DNA of 64,000 bases. It comes from Raillietiella orientalis (taxonomy: Eukaryota). The stretch is from NCBI GenBank assembly GCA_036172245.1, contig JAYWIR010000050.1:744001-808000 (forward strand). The letters run 5' to 3'. The notes below the pieces were generated by a model, which was not told where the DNA came from, did no database searches, and saw only the letters and a program-made list of their open reading frames with translations. Position 1 is the first letter of the stretch, and each line of letters starts with the position of its first letter. The position numbers and the translations under genes are program-made. This document shows, in pieces, positions 48,900 to 62,908 of this stretch.

Positions 48900-50650
48900 G
48901 CCTCTGCTGTGCGTTTGACGTGTATACTCGTCATCGCCAATTTTAATTACGCACCCACTGGTAGACTTTGGAAATTGAATTACTCGCTTGACTGGTCCAT
49001 ATGTACAGTAAACACGCATATTTGATTTTTCTGATCGCTCGAGATTCTGAGCCAAATCCCAGAACGCGCTGACTGACTCTGCTCTGGTGGTGACCCGCTG
49101 TCCTTCCACTGAGCGCACCTGCCAATCCACCGATTCATGTATTCGCAGCCCTACTCCCATGATGTGCGTGGGCTGGATGATGGAGGGAAACGGTGAAAGT
49201 GTAGAACGATGTACGATCGTAAGGACACAAGTGGCTGTGGACGCTGCATTTTCCAGTCGAGCAACAGGCCATTCATCAGCTTCGATGTTTCCGTATTTAC
49301 GGCTAGAAAAAAATTTGGACACTTCTGTGTAGTGACCGAAGTTTTGTTCGACCTCCTACCTACAAATGGCATCCTGACTGCTTCACATTCACCTTGCATC
49401 CAGGCATGGGAGTGTTTGTACCTTCCTGTAAGGAACTGCTGACGTGGTTCCGTTCTCTTCCCGAAGCGTGAAAGATCTTCCTTTTTTCTCAAGGCGCTGT
49501 CCCTGGACACAACCCAAGAGGATGTTTGAAAAAGGATCTTGCTGATGCTGGGGAATAAACGTGTGCTGGGAAGAGGAGAGTTTCCCTACTACGTATTGAC
49601 CAGTCTTTTGCGTCTCCGGGCAGGACAACCTCACTCGTGCGTGCTCTGCCACTCTGAAACGGAAAATGATTTCAGTATTGCCAGTGCAGCTGGAGATGCC
49701 CTCTTCGATCCTCATACGACGCTGAAGTTCTCGTTCTTTTCATCCGAGTAAATGGTGTTTTCTTATAGGTCCGCAGGTCCACCAAACAATTTTTCGCTTC
49801 GGCACGTTCGCTCTGACCGGACAAAGTTCCAAAGAATGAAAAATCTCGAGAGAGGCACATTGTAAAGGTGGTCAGTGGTGGTACTCACATGCCTTTGACG
49901 AGGTCCATCCCTCTGTGCAACGTCTACGGAAACTCTCTTAGCGTCCTCCTCCTGAGCAGATTCCTTCGTTGGCGGCGTTGAACCTGCACTTTTTCCAGAG
50001 CATTTCCCACCAAAACGGTTGGATGGATAATAGGAAAGATGGCTTCTTCTGAAAACAAGAGCTGCAGGGTTTTGAATTCAGATCTCAGCTTTCGAGACGA
50101 GGGTTTCCCTTGATGCTCTTGCATTTCGTCTTATCCTGCTTCTAAATTGTTGGATGTCCGTCCTCATGGCTTCCATTTACCCCGAAAATTCCAGCATTCT
50201 TCCATTGGTTCCTTGGACAATCTTCATCAGACCAACTTGATGACTGGTTATTCTTTCCGAAGTCTTCCAGGTCATACGCGACCACTCTCCTAACCGCTCC
50301 CCATTTACTCTGATGTGCAAGAATTCGCTCATCTCAGCAGACTCATGGAATTGGCAACTCGGAGCAGCCCTTAGACCGCTGTCAACATTTTTCAAAAGAC
50401 TTTCAGGTTCGCGCGCTTCCTGTCGATGGCTCACATGGAGCTCTCCATGAGAGAAATCTTCGTAATCCCTTCCACACCCTTCGAAGCCAATGGTGACGAC
50501 ATGCACGTACCGTACACACTACGGCTTAGGAAATTCTTTGATGCGCTATCCAGCTTGAAAGCGGAGTCCTCCTTACACTGTAGGCAATTCCAGAATTTTG
50601 CGTGGAACCATGAAAAGGTAATCGGCTGTTTAATTTCGTACGCTGTAATT
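48900..50650 (-). mobile_element. Probable second decayed P-element/THAP9-like remnant
   Basis: Fragmentary motifs in order: W..RACRHH (THAP-like), SWSDE..GVNG, AKNCLV, FFKHP, FFLAVNT..LMNG, QFPKS..DDEY. Confidence 0.35.
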
Positions 50651-51074
50651 AGAAGCTTTTCCATTATTTTTTTTCCATAGCTGTAATTATTTTTGTGATC
50701 GTAACTCCCAAAATTAAAAGGCTGTCGATTTGGGGTGCTTTGGACCCTTTTCCGGGGCCGACAAGCGATGGAGTGATCCGGTCACCGACAGCATAATTGC
50801 AAGCAAATAAGAAGGATGCAAGACGTCGGTACTCCGGAAGGGACTGGCAGAAATTCACCGTCTCGGACAGGATTCCCCTTCCGCCCAACGAACCTTCCCA
50901 CCCAGGGGTAGGGGTTGGCCGTGCTATGGGTTGCGTACCTCGGAACGCGCCCAGAGGAACTTCGCCCCCTATGACGTCTGCTAACTCATCCATTAGAAGG
51001 TGTGCTGTAGGACAGAAAGAAGTGGTCCCGCCTAGATGCCATTATTCTTTCCGCAGAGCTGCTTACCCTGAGGA

Positions 51075-51790
51075 CCTGCTAGGAGGGTGGGAGCTCTCCT
51101 ACACCACTGCAGGAGCTCCCGGGCGGCTGGAAGACGAGAGGGTTGGCGGACGGCGCCGCTACTCGGCCCCGGGAGAAGCGATCCCTTCAGATGGGCCGAC
51201 CCTTCGAGTGCACCCCCTACCCATCAGTCTCCGAGGCAGTCGAGGAGTATCCTTGGTGCGTGGACACTTCGGTGCTACCATCGTGCTTTTCCCGCACCGG
51301 CGTGTCCGGCGCGACTGGAGTCGCCGCCACCTCGCGCACTGAGCTGTCCCTGGCGCAGGACGGTCGAGTCCTCCGCGCGCCCCTCGGCAGGCTGCGGTGG
51401 TCCCGAAGAACCGTCGCTGAGGCTGCCGTCTTCAGCTCCCCTGCGCCGGGACGCCTCCCGACGCCGTGGACGTGCTGCGGAGATTTTTCAGGCGCGGAGG
51501 ACTTTTGTCAGGCACCCATGGTGACGATCTGCTGCGTCGGCGGCATCGTCAGGGGTCGCCATGTGCTAGAGTCTCGGGCGCAGAGAAGGGAGGCTCCACC
51601 CGCAAGGGGACGGCTGCGAGATGGCCTCTCCTGCGAGAAGTCTTGGAGGAGATCGCCGGCGTCGGGCGCCGGCCCAGTAGCAAAGACCCCTTTCCTCTTT
51701 TTGGTTCTTTATTTATTGTCCTCTCGCACCCGTTCCGGGCTTTTAGAGTGACCGACCCCCGTGTCGGAGGACCCTCTCCGCGAACTTTTT
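51075..51790 (+). mobile_element. LINE-derived 3' fragment; right arm of the inverted pair
   Basis: Reverse complement of 43300-44010 (ORF track entries 43337..44062- and 51143..51751+ are almost identical). Confidence 0.8.
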
Positions 51791-52324
51791 GCTTTCCCTC
51801 GGCAACCGCGTTCCCCAACTTCGTTCTTTGGAAGGCGCGTCCCGGCATGACCAGGTGAAAAATCTCAAAAACCTCGCATTTGTTCTCCCCTCCCCCTTCA
51901 TGGCCCTTGCACCGAGCACGGTTCAGAGGACAGTCGGTCACGATCTGAGTCGCAGTCCCCTTCAGGATGCAGTAGTAGGCAAATGTGGGGACTAAGCCAC
52001 TACGTCCGAAGATGTGGTGAGAGGAGAGACGAAATGAAGAGACAAATCGGAGTCCTCGCATGCCAATCTCTCTCTTAACAGCGTGATGCCTCTACCCGCT
52101 ACCTGCGCGCGTCGTCTTCGCGGCTTGGTCCTCCTAGTCGACGTGCTCCGGATGTGGAAGGTTACGGTCGTCCTTGTACCAAGGGGCGACTTTCCCTCCT
52201 TCCAATGGTCCTCGCAGAAGAACTGATTCCTCCCTGCCTCCTCCCTGCTAAACCCGTTGCTCGCCTTGCCACGTTCCAGGCGCGGTGCGGATGAAAGATC
52301 GGCCGGGAAGGATGCGAACGTACT

Positions 52325-52356
52325 TATACATATATATATACATACATACATATATA
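52325..52356. repeat. (TA)n/(TACA)n microsatellite
   Basis: tatacatatatatatacatacatacatatata. Confidence 0.85.
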
Positions 52357-54647
52357 CCTATGAGGCCAGAAGCGACCTACTTGCCTAAGGGTGACACACG
52401 GCAATCCTGATTCATTTCTGCTGCTTCCCACGTCCTTCCAGTTGTTTTGTTTTCTTTCCCTTTCCTGTTTCCTTTTTCCTGGTTCGCCGAGTTTTCAAGG
52501 ACCGCTGGCTCCCCCCGCAGGAGCGTCGGAGAGCACCGCCACGCACCGTGCAGGTGCGCGCGCGAAGAGGCGAAGGGAGCACTCGCCATCGCCGGCCGCT
52601 AGTCGACGTGCTGAGGCTGGGAGCGCGAATGCCGGATCCGTCCCAGCGTCATCTCACGGGAGGGGGGGGGGGTATGGAAACTCGCAAGGCACCCAGCATG
52701 GCGCCACCCCCTTTGCGGTGCCGTGGCCACGCGGCCGCCCAGCGGGGACTTTCGGATGCTCCACGTGCCACGCGAAAACTACGACCTGCCTTTCCACGGC
52801 CGAACACCCCTCCGTGACAAAGCATCGGGAGGCGGTCGTCTTGATTGCCTTGGCGGCAGATCGGATCTCCACGGGGCTGTCCCGGTCGCCAAGCGCCGAC
52901 AGAGGGTCGGCGTCTCGTTAGTGGCTCGTTCTCCGGAGCCTCATCCGCGTATCAGTCTCGGCCAGTCGGCGTATTTTCCCTGGGCTCTGGGGTGCGCCCG
53001 GATCCATCGGCAGCTGCGCACCCCAGCCGTGGCCACTGCTCCCTGGAGACCACCTGTCGGAGAGAACTGCTCGCATTCTCCGATCGTCCTCGTCGGTCTT
53101 CTCCGGAGCCACTGCTCCATCGCCCGCGGGACATCAAGGAAGGTACCTCAGGTTCCCGTTCCTTTTCCCCGGGTTTCTTTACTCTCCGTAACCACCCTTG
53201 GTCTTTCGGTGCTGGAGAGGTGGTGCTGCTTCCCTGAACACCTTGGAACGACTTTAACACTTCCTCTTCAGCACTTGATGCTTGCTCGCGATCAGCATAT
53301 GGCTTTGACCTTTTGTTTCTCTTTCAGGTGGTTTACCGATCATGAGCTACGGTAAACAAATTCTTAAAGAAACAAAGTGCCTGACAGACTCTTTTTTTAA
53401 AGTTCAAGCGATGTAGGGCTTCGTATCTCATATAATATGTTTCACGGTACCAGCTTATGTTCTAACTTTAGCAGGACCTATGAATATGCTGCGATGCTTT
53501 TCAAAAATCAGTCCTTCTTGTGTACAAGTACCGTAATCATTTCCTGAGAATAAGGTCTCAACGGTCATCAAGAGATTACGAGATCACTCTGCCGACGAGA
53601 AGGACTGATTTGAAAGACGAGAAGTCACGTCACCCCCTCGTCAAATACCGTTGCGAACACGAAGGATGAGGATCCGCCACAAGGAGCCACGAGAGCACAA
53701 TCTCTTCTCGTCAGAGAAACTTCTTCTTCGTCCCAGGCCCGTGTGGAACTTTTTCCTGCGGCTTGCAGATCTGCCCACCGTCTCCGCTGCAACCAGCGTC
53801 CGCCTGTTTCGTGCCGAAGAATGGGATTTCGCCTCGACCCCGGAGCTGCCAACACTCCGAACCCCTGTCGCCGCAATCCACGAGGCCCTCGAATCGCAAC
53901 GCAGGGCTCGTCACCAAGAGTGTACTTTTCGTGCGTACGCTGCACTTGCGTTCGAATTCGACCCCAGGCAAACACTGTCTGTACACAGAGACTAACACTC
54001 CTCCTCCAGACCCGGAATGGCACGTTCTGCAAGTGCTCGTAATGAAAACTCTCTGAAGGGGGGGAGGGGAGGGGGGTTGATGTCCACTGCAGGTGGTGCC
54101 GGGCCGTTCCGTGCCAGCAGAGAGATGAGAGTGAAAATCTCCCGACGGCGCTGCGCCTAAACATCCGCACTTTGCGAACAGAAGTTTGGCACAACGCTGC
54201 TCACAGGCCACGCACTTCTTCAAAAGGATTCGAAATACTCGTAAAGGCACCGCCAATAAAGATTTACCCGGGTCGACAACACATGCAGAATGCAATGAAA
54301 TTTTATTCCGAATCAACGCATAAACTGGGAAGCTTACGGAAACCGAAACCAACGGAGGCAGGAGATTCACAAATTCGCTGGCAGTCTACGTTAACACCTG
54401 AAACATCCTGCTCAGGGGGGGGGGGCTGAACGTCTGTTTCCAGCCCATGGTGAGCCACTGGCTGTTTTGACAATCTTTTGCAATAATTTAAGGCAAACAG
54501 CCAAATTGGATGCAATGAATCATTAACGCACCTGGACAATTGCGAACTACACACTACAACTGACTGACGCCCATTCAAGAACTCCAAAAAAAAAACAGCA
54601 CATCACGGATGCCAAATCAAACGTATTTCATTCATTCCTTTATGGTC

Positions 54648-54671
54648 ATATATATATATATATATATATAT
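54648..54671. repeat. (AT)12 microsatellite
   Basis: Direct observation, near the start of the AT-rich zone. Confidence 0.9.
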
Positions 54672-55174
54672 CCTTACTTGGTAAGCAAGCAAACGGTAAC
54701 GAGCTTCCTATAATTTGCCCCATGGGGTTCACATTACGTGGCATAATCTGAACTTGACATGCTGAACACACAGAAAGGTAATCTGCAAAACCATTCCGAA
54801 AAACAAATCGGACGCGAGTATGATTTTAGATATCAGAAATACATTTCCTCAGTTTTATGGAATCCTTGATTGAAACGCAAATGACAGAATCTGTACAGCA
54901 TATTTGACAGACACCGCCATAATAAAATGGGCATACCACACTTGAGAAACAACAACAACCAAAAAACACTCCGATTCGGAAAAACTTGGTCCAAACCTTG
55001 AAAGCAATCAACAATTTTTTTAAGCATACCATGCATCACAACAACATAATTTGTAAAAGTAAAATTCACAATGATTTAATCAACAAAAATCACAGCACCA
55101 AAGGTCCATTAATTCTTCTGAAGTTTATTAGTGGTTTAGAATATATACTTCGAATTCTACATTTTCAAATGCAT

Positions 55175-56076
55175 TCAACCAACTATCAAAGTACCATCAT
55201 CTTTTATCTGATACTGGGGCACCTCTAAATTCGAAGGTGCTGGACCTTTTCTTATTCTTCCAGAAAAATCATAATGTGAACCGTGACAGGGGCAAAAGTA
55301 TGCCCCGTAATCACCTGCATTTGTGATCGGAACACAGCCTAAATGGGTACAAATGCCAACTAAAACCAGCCATTTGGGATCTTTCACTCGGTCACTATCG
55401 TGTTGAGGATCCCTCAATACTGAAAGGTCTACGTTCCTGGCTAGCTCAATTTCCGCTGGTGTTCTGCATAGCAGCAATACATTGGAAACAATCTACCGAT
55501 TCTGCTTACCTGTGGCGTACAAAAAGAGGCTTTCCACGCCATTTTGCTACAAAATTCTTCCCCTCGGGTATAGCAGACAAATCAACTTCAATATTTGCAA
55601 GTGCCAAAACATCTTTCCCTGGATTAAACGTGTCTACTACAGCAACGATGCTGTTTTTGGCTAAATATGCAGCCATTGCTCCAACTGCTAATGACATGGC
55701 ATATGGACCCAGCTTTTTATTGGCATCATCTTCCATGGGATCTGTCGATGTTCTTTTACGCATATACGGTGTGAAGTCTGGAGTTTGTATATCTGTATGA
55801 GCAAAGCGAACTTGTGACAATGCTGTAACAATTAATTAGCAAAGAACTTTTGACTTCTCGTTACTTACAAGCGATCCCACGTTGCATGCCATAATTGGAA
55901 TGGATTAGCTTTTTATGCAAAGATAAAGCTGACAACTGTTTTTGGGATTCCTGTACTAAAACTTTCGAAGGGAAAATGGCAAATAACCCAGGCAAAGTTC
56001 TACCATGGGGAATCATTTGTTTATGTGCTTTTATTAATTCATTCAAACATGCTGCTTTCCTAGAATAACTTGACAT
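55175..56076 (-). CDS. UQCRFS1: Cytochrome b-c1 complex Rieske iron-sulfur subunit, mitochondrial (269 aa)
   Basis: Exons 56076-55869, 55822-55510 and 55463-55175 with two 46-nt GT-AG introns; VRFAHTDI presequence junction, [27 protein letters not shown] and GPAP motifs. Confidence 0.97.
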
Positions 56077-59000
56077 ATTTCTGAACCAAAATCCTGGAAT
56101 TTCAAATGAGCATTTGTAATTTGATTACACTTGATACAGACACACTGTCTACTAATTTCAATAACTTTAACTCACTAAATGCTTACATATTGAATATTAC
56201 ATTTCAAAATCAATGCAGTAGCATTAAAATTGGAGAATTTTTAAAAGAAAAGTTCAACATGATGCAACTGCACCTTAACTCAACTACAAAAGACATCATT
56301 ATAATAAGGAAATACACACATAAGCCTTGAAAGAATTTATGCCTATGCAAGAATTTATAACTACACTTTATGATTAGCACACTTTATGACTGAATTATCA
56401 GAAACAAATGTCCACAAATAAAGATACTCATTTAGCTACCTAATCTTTATGACCATCCTTCTACTGATTTTGCTTATCTGTTTTAATAATTGCATGCAGT
56501 CAATTACAGTTGAAGCATCTAACTTAAGACAATCAGCTTTCAATTACATTTTTCTTCAATGTTTGGATGAATTACATATAGCTTGCATTCTTTAATACTG
56601 GAACACATCCATACTGTTGGAAAAGGGACATTACTTATTTGGTTATTTAAGGTTCAAAGACTCAAACAACCAAAAACAAATGCATGCATAAATTAAAACG
56701 GATTCACTCAACAGAAATTTGTGATTTGCATTCATAATGAATGTTTCTGTTTTCTTTTTGAATGGTTTTATAAGTTTCAGATGTTTTACCAAAAGCATCC
56801 CTGCATACAACAACTTTCACATGTTTTTTCTATAAGAATAATTTTAAAAAAATGATAAATAGTGAACCTTGTCAATAAAATTGTGAATTGCAGCACCTTG
56901 AATTCAGCTTTTACTCTTCATGATAGCAGCACCGACTTTGGAAATCGCAAATTTTTTATATTAACGTAAAGCAGCCAAGAGGGTACGCAGATTCCTGTAC
57001 TATTCCCTAATCGATAATTAAAAATGTACATTGCAAACAAAGCTCAACACACTATCATGAAATATGGAAATGCATAATTACGTGCGATTGACAAACCACG
57101 AACAGATGGTTTGAAATTGTTTATATTGACGAATGGCGAATGTTTTTTGACATTTTTGTACACTGCCGTGCATCTAACTAGGCCATGGTACATCTATTAG
57201 CTCCTTTGTATCACCATACAGACTGTAGTGCACGCGTTAAGAGTGTAGTACGAGAATTACATTCAGCTCATAGCGTTTAGGATTCTGTACCACATCCCAC
57301 ACAGGCAAGTTCATGTAATAATATACTTCCCAAGTTTTCATTGCAACTTCATGATAGAATTAAAGCAATAGAAACACACGTCTTGAATGCTGGATCCTGC
57401 ATAAACCTCCATGCGATACAAAGCTATCACAATTCAGTCTCAGAATTGCAAAGTCAATTTCAACTTCCAGTGAAACAAATTATGGAGAGAATGTTAAGGT
57501 TCTACTATCCAGGTCTAGGTGCGCACTTGCAAGTTTTGGAGGATTTGAAGCTGCTTGCTAGAAGTGCAATTGCCACCGACATCTAAAAATTGATATCTAA
57601 AGAAAACACGTGGAACAAGGAATACAAGTAATATTGAGCTTTTCAAGGAAGCTGTCTACACAGAGTGAAACACATTGATTGGTCACCAATGGACTCTAAA
57701 TTAACACAGATCACATTTCACATCCAATGTATTTTAAATATATGTATACAAAATTAGTCTTCTGTTTGATGTACATGAGAGAAACACATAGAAGAAATAA
57801 TTCAAAATGAATACTAAGGAATATGGTGATTGTGCACTTCGAGAGAAATGACCAGAGAGATTAGCAGTTCGATGAAAAAATGTCTCAGCTTATAAGTCCC
57901 ATTGAGATGAATATCATGATTCATCAAACATTTTTCCTTTGGGAATATAGATGAAATTTTGATAAAGATACCTTATGACCTATCTGAAATAACCGCATGA
58001 AAGTAGAGACAGCTTACTGATGGCAGGAAATGAGAAACACATTCTTTAAGATGGATTCCAATAATTTTTGCGTTAAAATTGTACCGGAGATCATTTTAAT
58101 GTTTTGTGTGAATGTAAATAAATCGTTTTTAGTATGCAAATCTTTTTCGTTTGATCCCTCCACCATACTGATACCATTTTATAGTTATGATTAGCATTAC
58201 GACATGCGAATAGGAGATTAAAATTAATTTTTCAAAACATAATGTTTCAATTTGGACCTACATATCCTATTAGTGTCTGTAAATTTTTAGTATGCAGCAG
58301 TCAAATCCATATCCTTTTGAATTTCACATTGTGTCAATAAAACATTTCATTTCATTCCTTTACAAAGAAGTTGCAAAATTTTTAGCACCTCCTAAGCCAG
58401 CGTTCTAAGTTTCCACTCTGAATTTTATAGCATTGATAATGTCATTTTCCGAGACCCGTTTATAGCTTTTGAAACGTCAGTTTCTTTCTTTCCCTTTAAC
58501 AGCAATTCTATGATTATTTCAGTCACTACAGGCTTTCAAATTCATCTTCAACTGCATCTCGCAATCTCCGCGCATTGGTCAAAACTCTGTGTTTCAATAA
58601 AATCACATAACTCAGTTTATTGGAACTCCCCAGTTGATGCTTCTGGGTACCTTCAGCCTTACGAGTGTGGACTTACTGTAGCACATGCAGTTCTACAGTG
58701 GATCCAACCACCCGCACTTTCAGCATATATTCAAGTCAGAATGGAGAATAAATTTCAGAAGTTCATGTTTTATACTTATCTTGCATTCATATTTGGCTAT
58801 CGATTTGATTAAGATTTCGCGTCAACGGAAAGCAAAAGCACCAAAAATGAACATATAACTATAGACCCGATTCTAACTACTTGGTGTTTTTGTTCACATT
58901 TCGAGTTCGGTTCGTTTCATCCCTGTTCATTTATAAAATATTGTCATTTTCATTGGCAATTGTTTCTGTTCATTGAACTAATCTAGAAACTACTAATTCA

Positions 59001-62000
59001 TTTGGTCCTCATAATAAATTGCATTTTTTTTAATCAAAGTTCTATTTGAAATCCGACAACCAAGCTGGACTGTGTAAATTTTGATCTACTCTAGCGTGCC
59101 TAGCCTGGTCCTGTGATCGAATCAGTTTTATCGTAGAGCTTCCAGCTGCCAACATAAGATTTCTCATTCTACTATGCTTCTGAAATTGTGTTGCGTTTAC
59201 AGATTATCATCTTTCAATTCATGACTTGTGAACACATTTCTGTCAGTAAAAAACGGGAAAAGCCTCGGTTCACAAAAGAAAATTGGTTGGAGATCAGTTA
59301 GAAGAGACCCTCCGACCAGGCCAACTGAACTCGCAAATAAAAACGAAGTCCCAAGACCGATTATCTTGTTTGCTAAATCACTTCCTACTGCCGGCTGAGC
59401 AGTAGCGTGAAATCCATGCAAATTCAAGGGACCAAGTAGGAAATATGGAAATGTATCAAAATCCAACTTCAGTTGTTTTGGAACCTGGATAGCTAGGAAG
59501 CAGTCATGTTTCAGTGAAATAAAAGAATGTATTTTGTAAAAATTCCACCTTGAATATACGACTCTCGAATCATTTTGGTAGTTAGATTAAAAACAGTTGT
59601 AATACTTGCAATGTGCTGATCTCTACACAAAAAGGAATATCACATCATTCCAATAAAATGAATACATGATCACTGGATTATGTAGCAAATACGAATTATA
59701 ATTACCTTTTTATTACCTTTAAACAGAGAAAGAAAAATCTCCCTCTTACTTTATGCACAGCAGACAAAGAGTTAAAAGTGGAAAAATTTTAAACTGTTAG
59801 CTTCTCAACACTGTTTTGAAGTAGGTTTATATCGCAAAGTACTTCAAGTGAATTAAAAGCGATGTGCAGCTGAAATCACCGCATCTTCTTATTGCTGCAC
59901 TGAAGCTATGAAGTGTGAACATTTCACTCGTCATATTTTAAAGCTCTGATTAAAACAGCTTTCAATGATCTAGAAAATCCTCGTCTCAAGAAATAGTGAC
60001 CACTGTCCTCTTATGCAGGGAAAGAGGAGAATTATTCAAGAGCATTGTGGAATATCGAAGGATGCAGTCTACGTTTTAGAAAGTTGTTACAAGCCCCCAT
60101 CTTTAGTTGCTTTTTTCTTACAGTAATCACCTTGTTTTCCTTTTCTACCTTAATGATGAACTCAAGTATAAGTGTAGAGCTCTCCTATTTAGAATCAACC
60201 GTGCACAGGGAATTATAATATGTGTGTTTACTTTCGTAGCAATCGTCAATCCTTCGATATTTTTTGCTAATTTGCGGTTCTCAATAAATTATTGAATTCA
60301 CAATTTACTTTTCACATGGCTGTTATGGTGTTTCCTGTTTGCAAAGCACATAATGTTAATGGCAGTCTTAATGTTTTCAAATGAATCAGTTTCTTATAAT
60401 CCTTCATTTTAATTCAATGTTGCTATATTCTTTATTTTCACTTGCGATGATGTTTTTGACATTACATTTACAATATCTGCAACGAAAAACTTCTATGGAT
60501 GGTTCCCACTCTCCAATAGTTAATAAATTGCTAGACTTGAGGGCATGGAACAATTTTGTGAATTTCAGAACCAAAATATTGGAATTATATCTTAACCATA
60601 ATGTTCATGTGTAGTTCCTACTCGTATTATTTTCATTATTATTCAACATTACTGATTTAAATACCAGTACATGATACTGGAAATAAAGTTTACGAATTTG
60701 AATTACGATGCTTAATATATAATTTTCGCATTTAAATTCAAACTAATTGTTTGTTTCATTATTAATCTTCATTCATTTCATCTTGCTTTAGTTTCATTTT
60801 AATCTGTAATGGTAGTAGTAACCATTATGCAATAGTGTTATTGTACGTTTAAGTAATTTTTAACCGAAGAATGGGATAACTGAAAAAGTGGCTGCTTTAT
60901 AAATCTTTTAGGAAACTAATCGTTGCTCTTTTGATGACCGTCTTTTTAAAACACGCATCAGCATAACATGAAATTACAGTTCTGCAAAGCAACTCTGTAA
61001 ATTCCATTGTTCTCTTTTATATAAGACAACTATTCCTCAAGTTAAGAGGAGTTAACAATTGGTTCCAATACTAGGGTGTATTTTTCTTTTTTTTATACCA
61101 TATTTTTTCTTTTTTTGAAATGCAAATTAATTGAATTTATAGAAAGCTATTTGTATTACTTTCAAAACATTTTAGTACTTAAGCAAGAATATAGTGTTTT
61201 AGAAGGATATTTCATGGTGTCAGTCTAATTATGCTCCACAAAGAAGCTCAGCGAAAATGTTTTTGCTGTATTGGCTAAGCATTTTTATTACCAGGTCACT
61301 TTCATGTGAAGTTCTCATTTGGCAATCCTGTCGGACCGTAATTCATGTTCAGCTGTGATTCCTCATCCTGAAATGGCTGTTGCATGTTGGTCGTATACGA
61401 CTGTGTTGGAATAATCAAAAGCATCGGTTTTACTGCTGATTGAAGCTTCTTAGTTGAACATCCAGCTATGAGGGCGAAGGTAATGTTAATGTTTCTCTGC
61501 TTTCCAATGATTTTGGATGCCTTGTAGAGTGTACTTTTGAATAGCTGTGAAAGGAAACTTACTTTTGTTTCAGATGCAAACAAAAGTACGTGAATAAGTT
61601 CACACTTCTGTTTTGTAGGTTTCATAAGTTCGCTTTTCCATTTCAGCGCTTCTCGGAAAGTTTAAACGTAGTAATCATGCCTTAATCTCTTTTCGATTTT
61701 GGATGACGTCTTACACAACAACTGGTGGCAGTTACCGTGCGCGCGTATCATTTGTGAAAAAACAAAAGTGATTGCGCAATGATTGATTTTTATTAATCAT
61801 CTCACAGTCAGTTTTTGGCTTACTTTTTATCATTAGCTTAAGCTATAAGTGTTCCTTGTATGTTACTTAATGGTGTATGAATAAGCAAATGTGTAATTTT
61901 GCAGACCTTTTGCGCAGTTGCGCAGAATGCGTAAAAGGAAGTTGTAGGTATATGTGAAATCTTTGAAATGCTTTTAGGTGTGCGTTTCAATTCTATTATA

Positions 62001-62837
62001 AATGAACAGTTTGTACAGCTATCCAATTTAATAAACCACCCATTTCTAGGCCTTTATGAATGGCTTTTAACTTTTTCGCTGCTATATGTAGCATTTCGTG
62101 GAAGCTGTGGATACAAAAGTATAGGAAACGAGTTTCATTAATATCATTGCTTTTTGCTTTCAATGTTGCAAGTGCGGATTTCGGTAAACAAGGTGTTTTT
62201 TCAAGGTGACTTGCATAATAGAGATATATGTAGCATGAAAAAAATTTTTTTCTGTATGCATTATTGCGTTAACAGTAACCAGGAAGTCATATACAGGTGC
62301 ATACCAAAACTGTACAGTGAATAGAGTTACCAGGAATAATCACGAGTTATTATTGTATTCCTGGTAGCAAATGCTTAGTGTGAAAATTCCAAGGGTGTCA
62401 CTGAATGCATTTTCATGAGTCTGTATTCTGTATACTATATTTGGTGATATATAATAAATTTGGAGATAGGTTTGGATATATGTAAGCAGCTGCATGATTA
62501 CTTTTGGTAAATAAATTAGTTTTTGTGTATGTAATTATATGCATGTAAATGCGTTTATGTATAAGGGGCTATACAATAAACTAGAATAAATTGTGTTTTT
62601 TCTTGTACTTTTGTGATTGTGCTGTTCCTTCTCACAATTCAGCTCTTGTGTAAAAGGTTTGGGTTTATCCATAGAGTACTATTTGCACGATCCTTTTATT
62701 AGGGTATTGTAGATGGTTTACAAGCAAAGTAAGTACAATTGAAGGATGCTTGTTACAGTATTGCGGAATGAATTTTGTGACAAATTGCAACTGTGGCATG
62801 GATTAAAACTGTCTTCTTAACCACTGTGTTTTTACAG

Positions 62838-62908
62838 TGGCGGAAGAAGAGAATGCGCAGGCTGAAGCGGAAAAGAAGGAAGATGAGGGCAAGGTCAAAG
62901 TAATCTGA
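62838..62908 (+). CDS. Candidate terminal exon of an unidentified gene
   Basis: Acceptor gtttttacag at 62837, coding-like purine-rich AEEENAQAEAEKKEDEGKVKVI*, AATAAA at 62974; upstream exons not found. Confidence 0.35.

Noticed and set aside
43300..51790. Composite or foldback transposon with long TIRs
   Set aside because: Arms are LINE 3' sequence, no target-site duplication was seen, and the left arm interrupts a colinear remnant
52377..53150. Possible reverse-transcriptase remnant on the minus strand
   Set aside because: Only faint resemblance to RT motifs; cannot be supported without an HMM search
58527..58730. Possible two-exon minus-strand peptide (donor at 58676, acceptor at 58587)
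   Set aside because: Reading frame ambiguous (VLTNARRLRDAVEDEFESL* or SFDQCAEIARCS*), no recognisable family and no secure start
57341..61625. Short ORFs in the AT-rich interval (57341+, 59197-, 61302-)
   Set aside because: No recognisable domains or consistent exon chain
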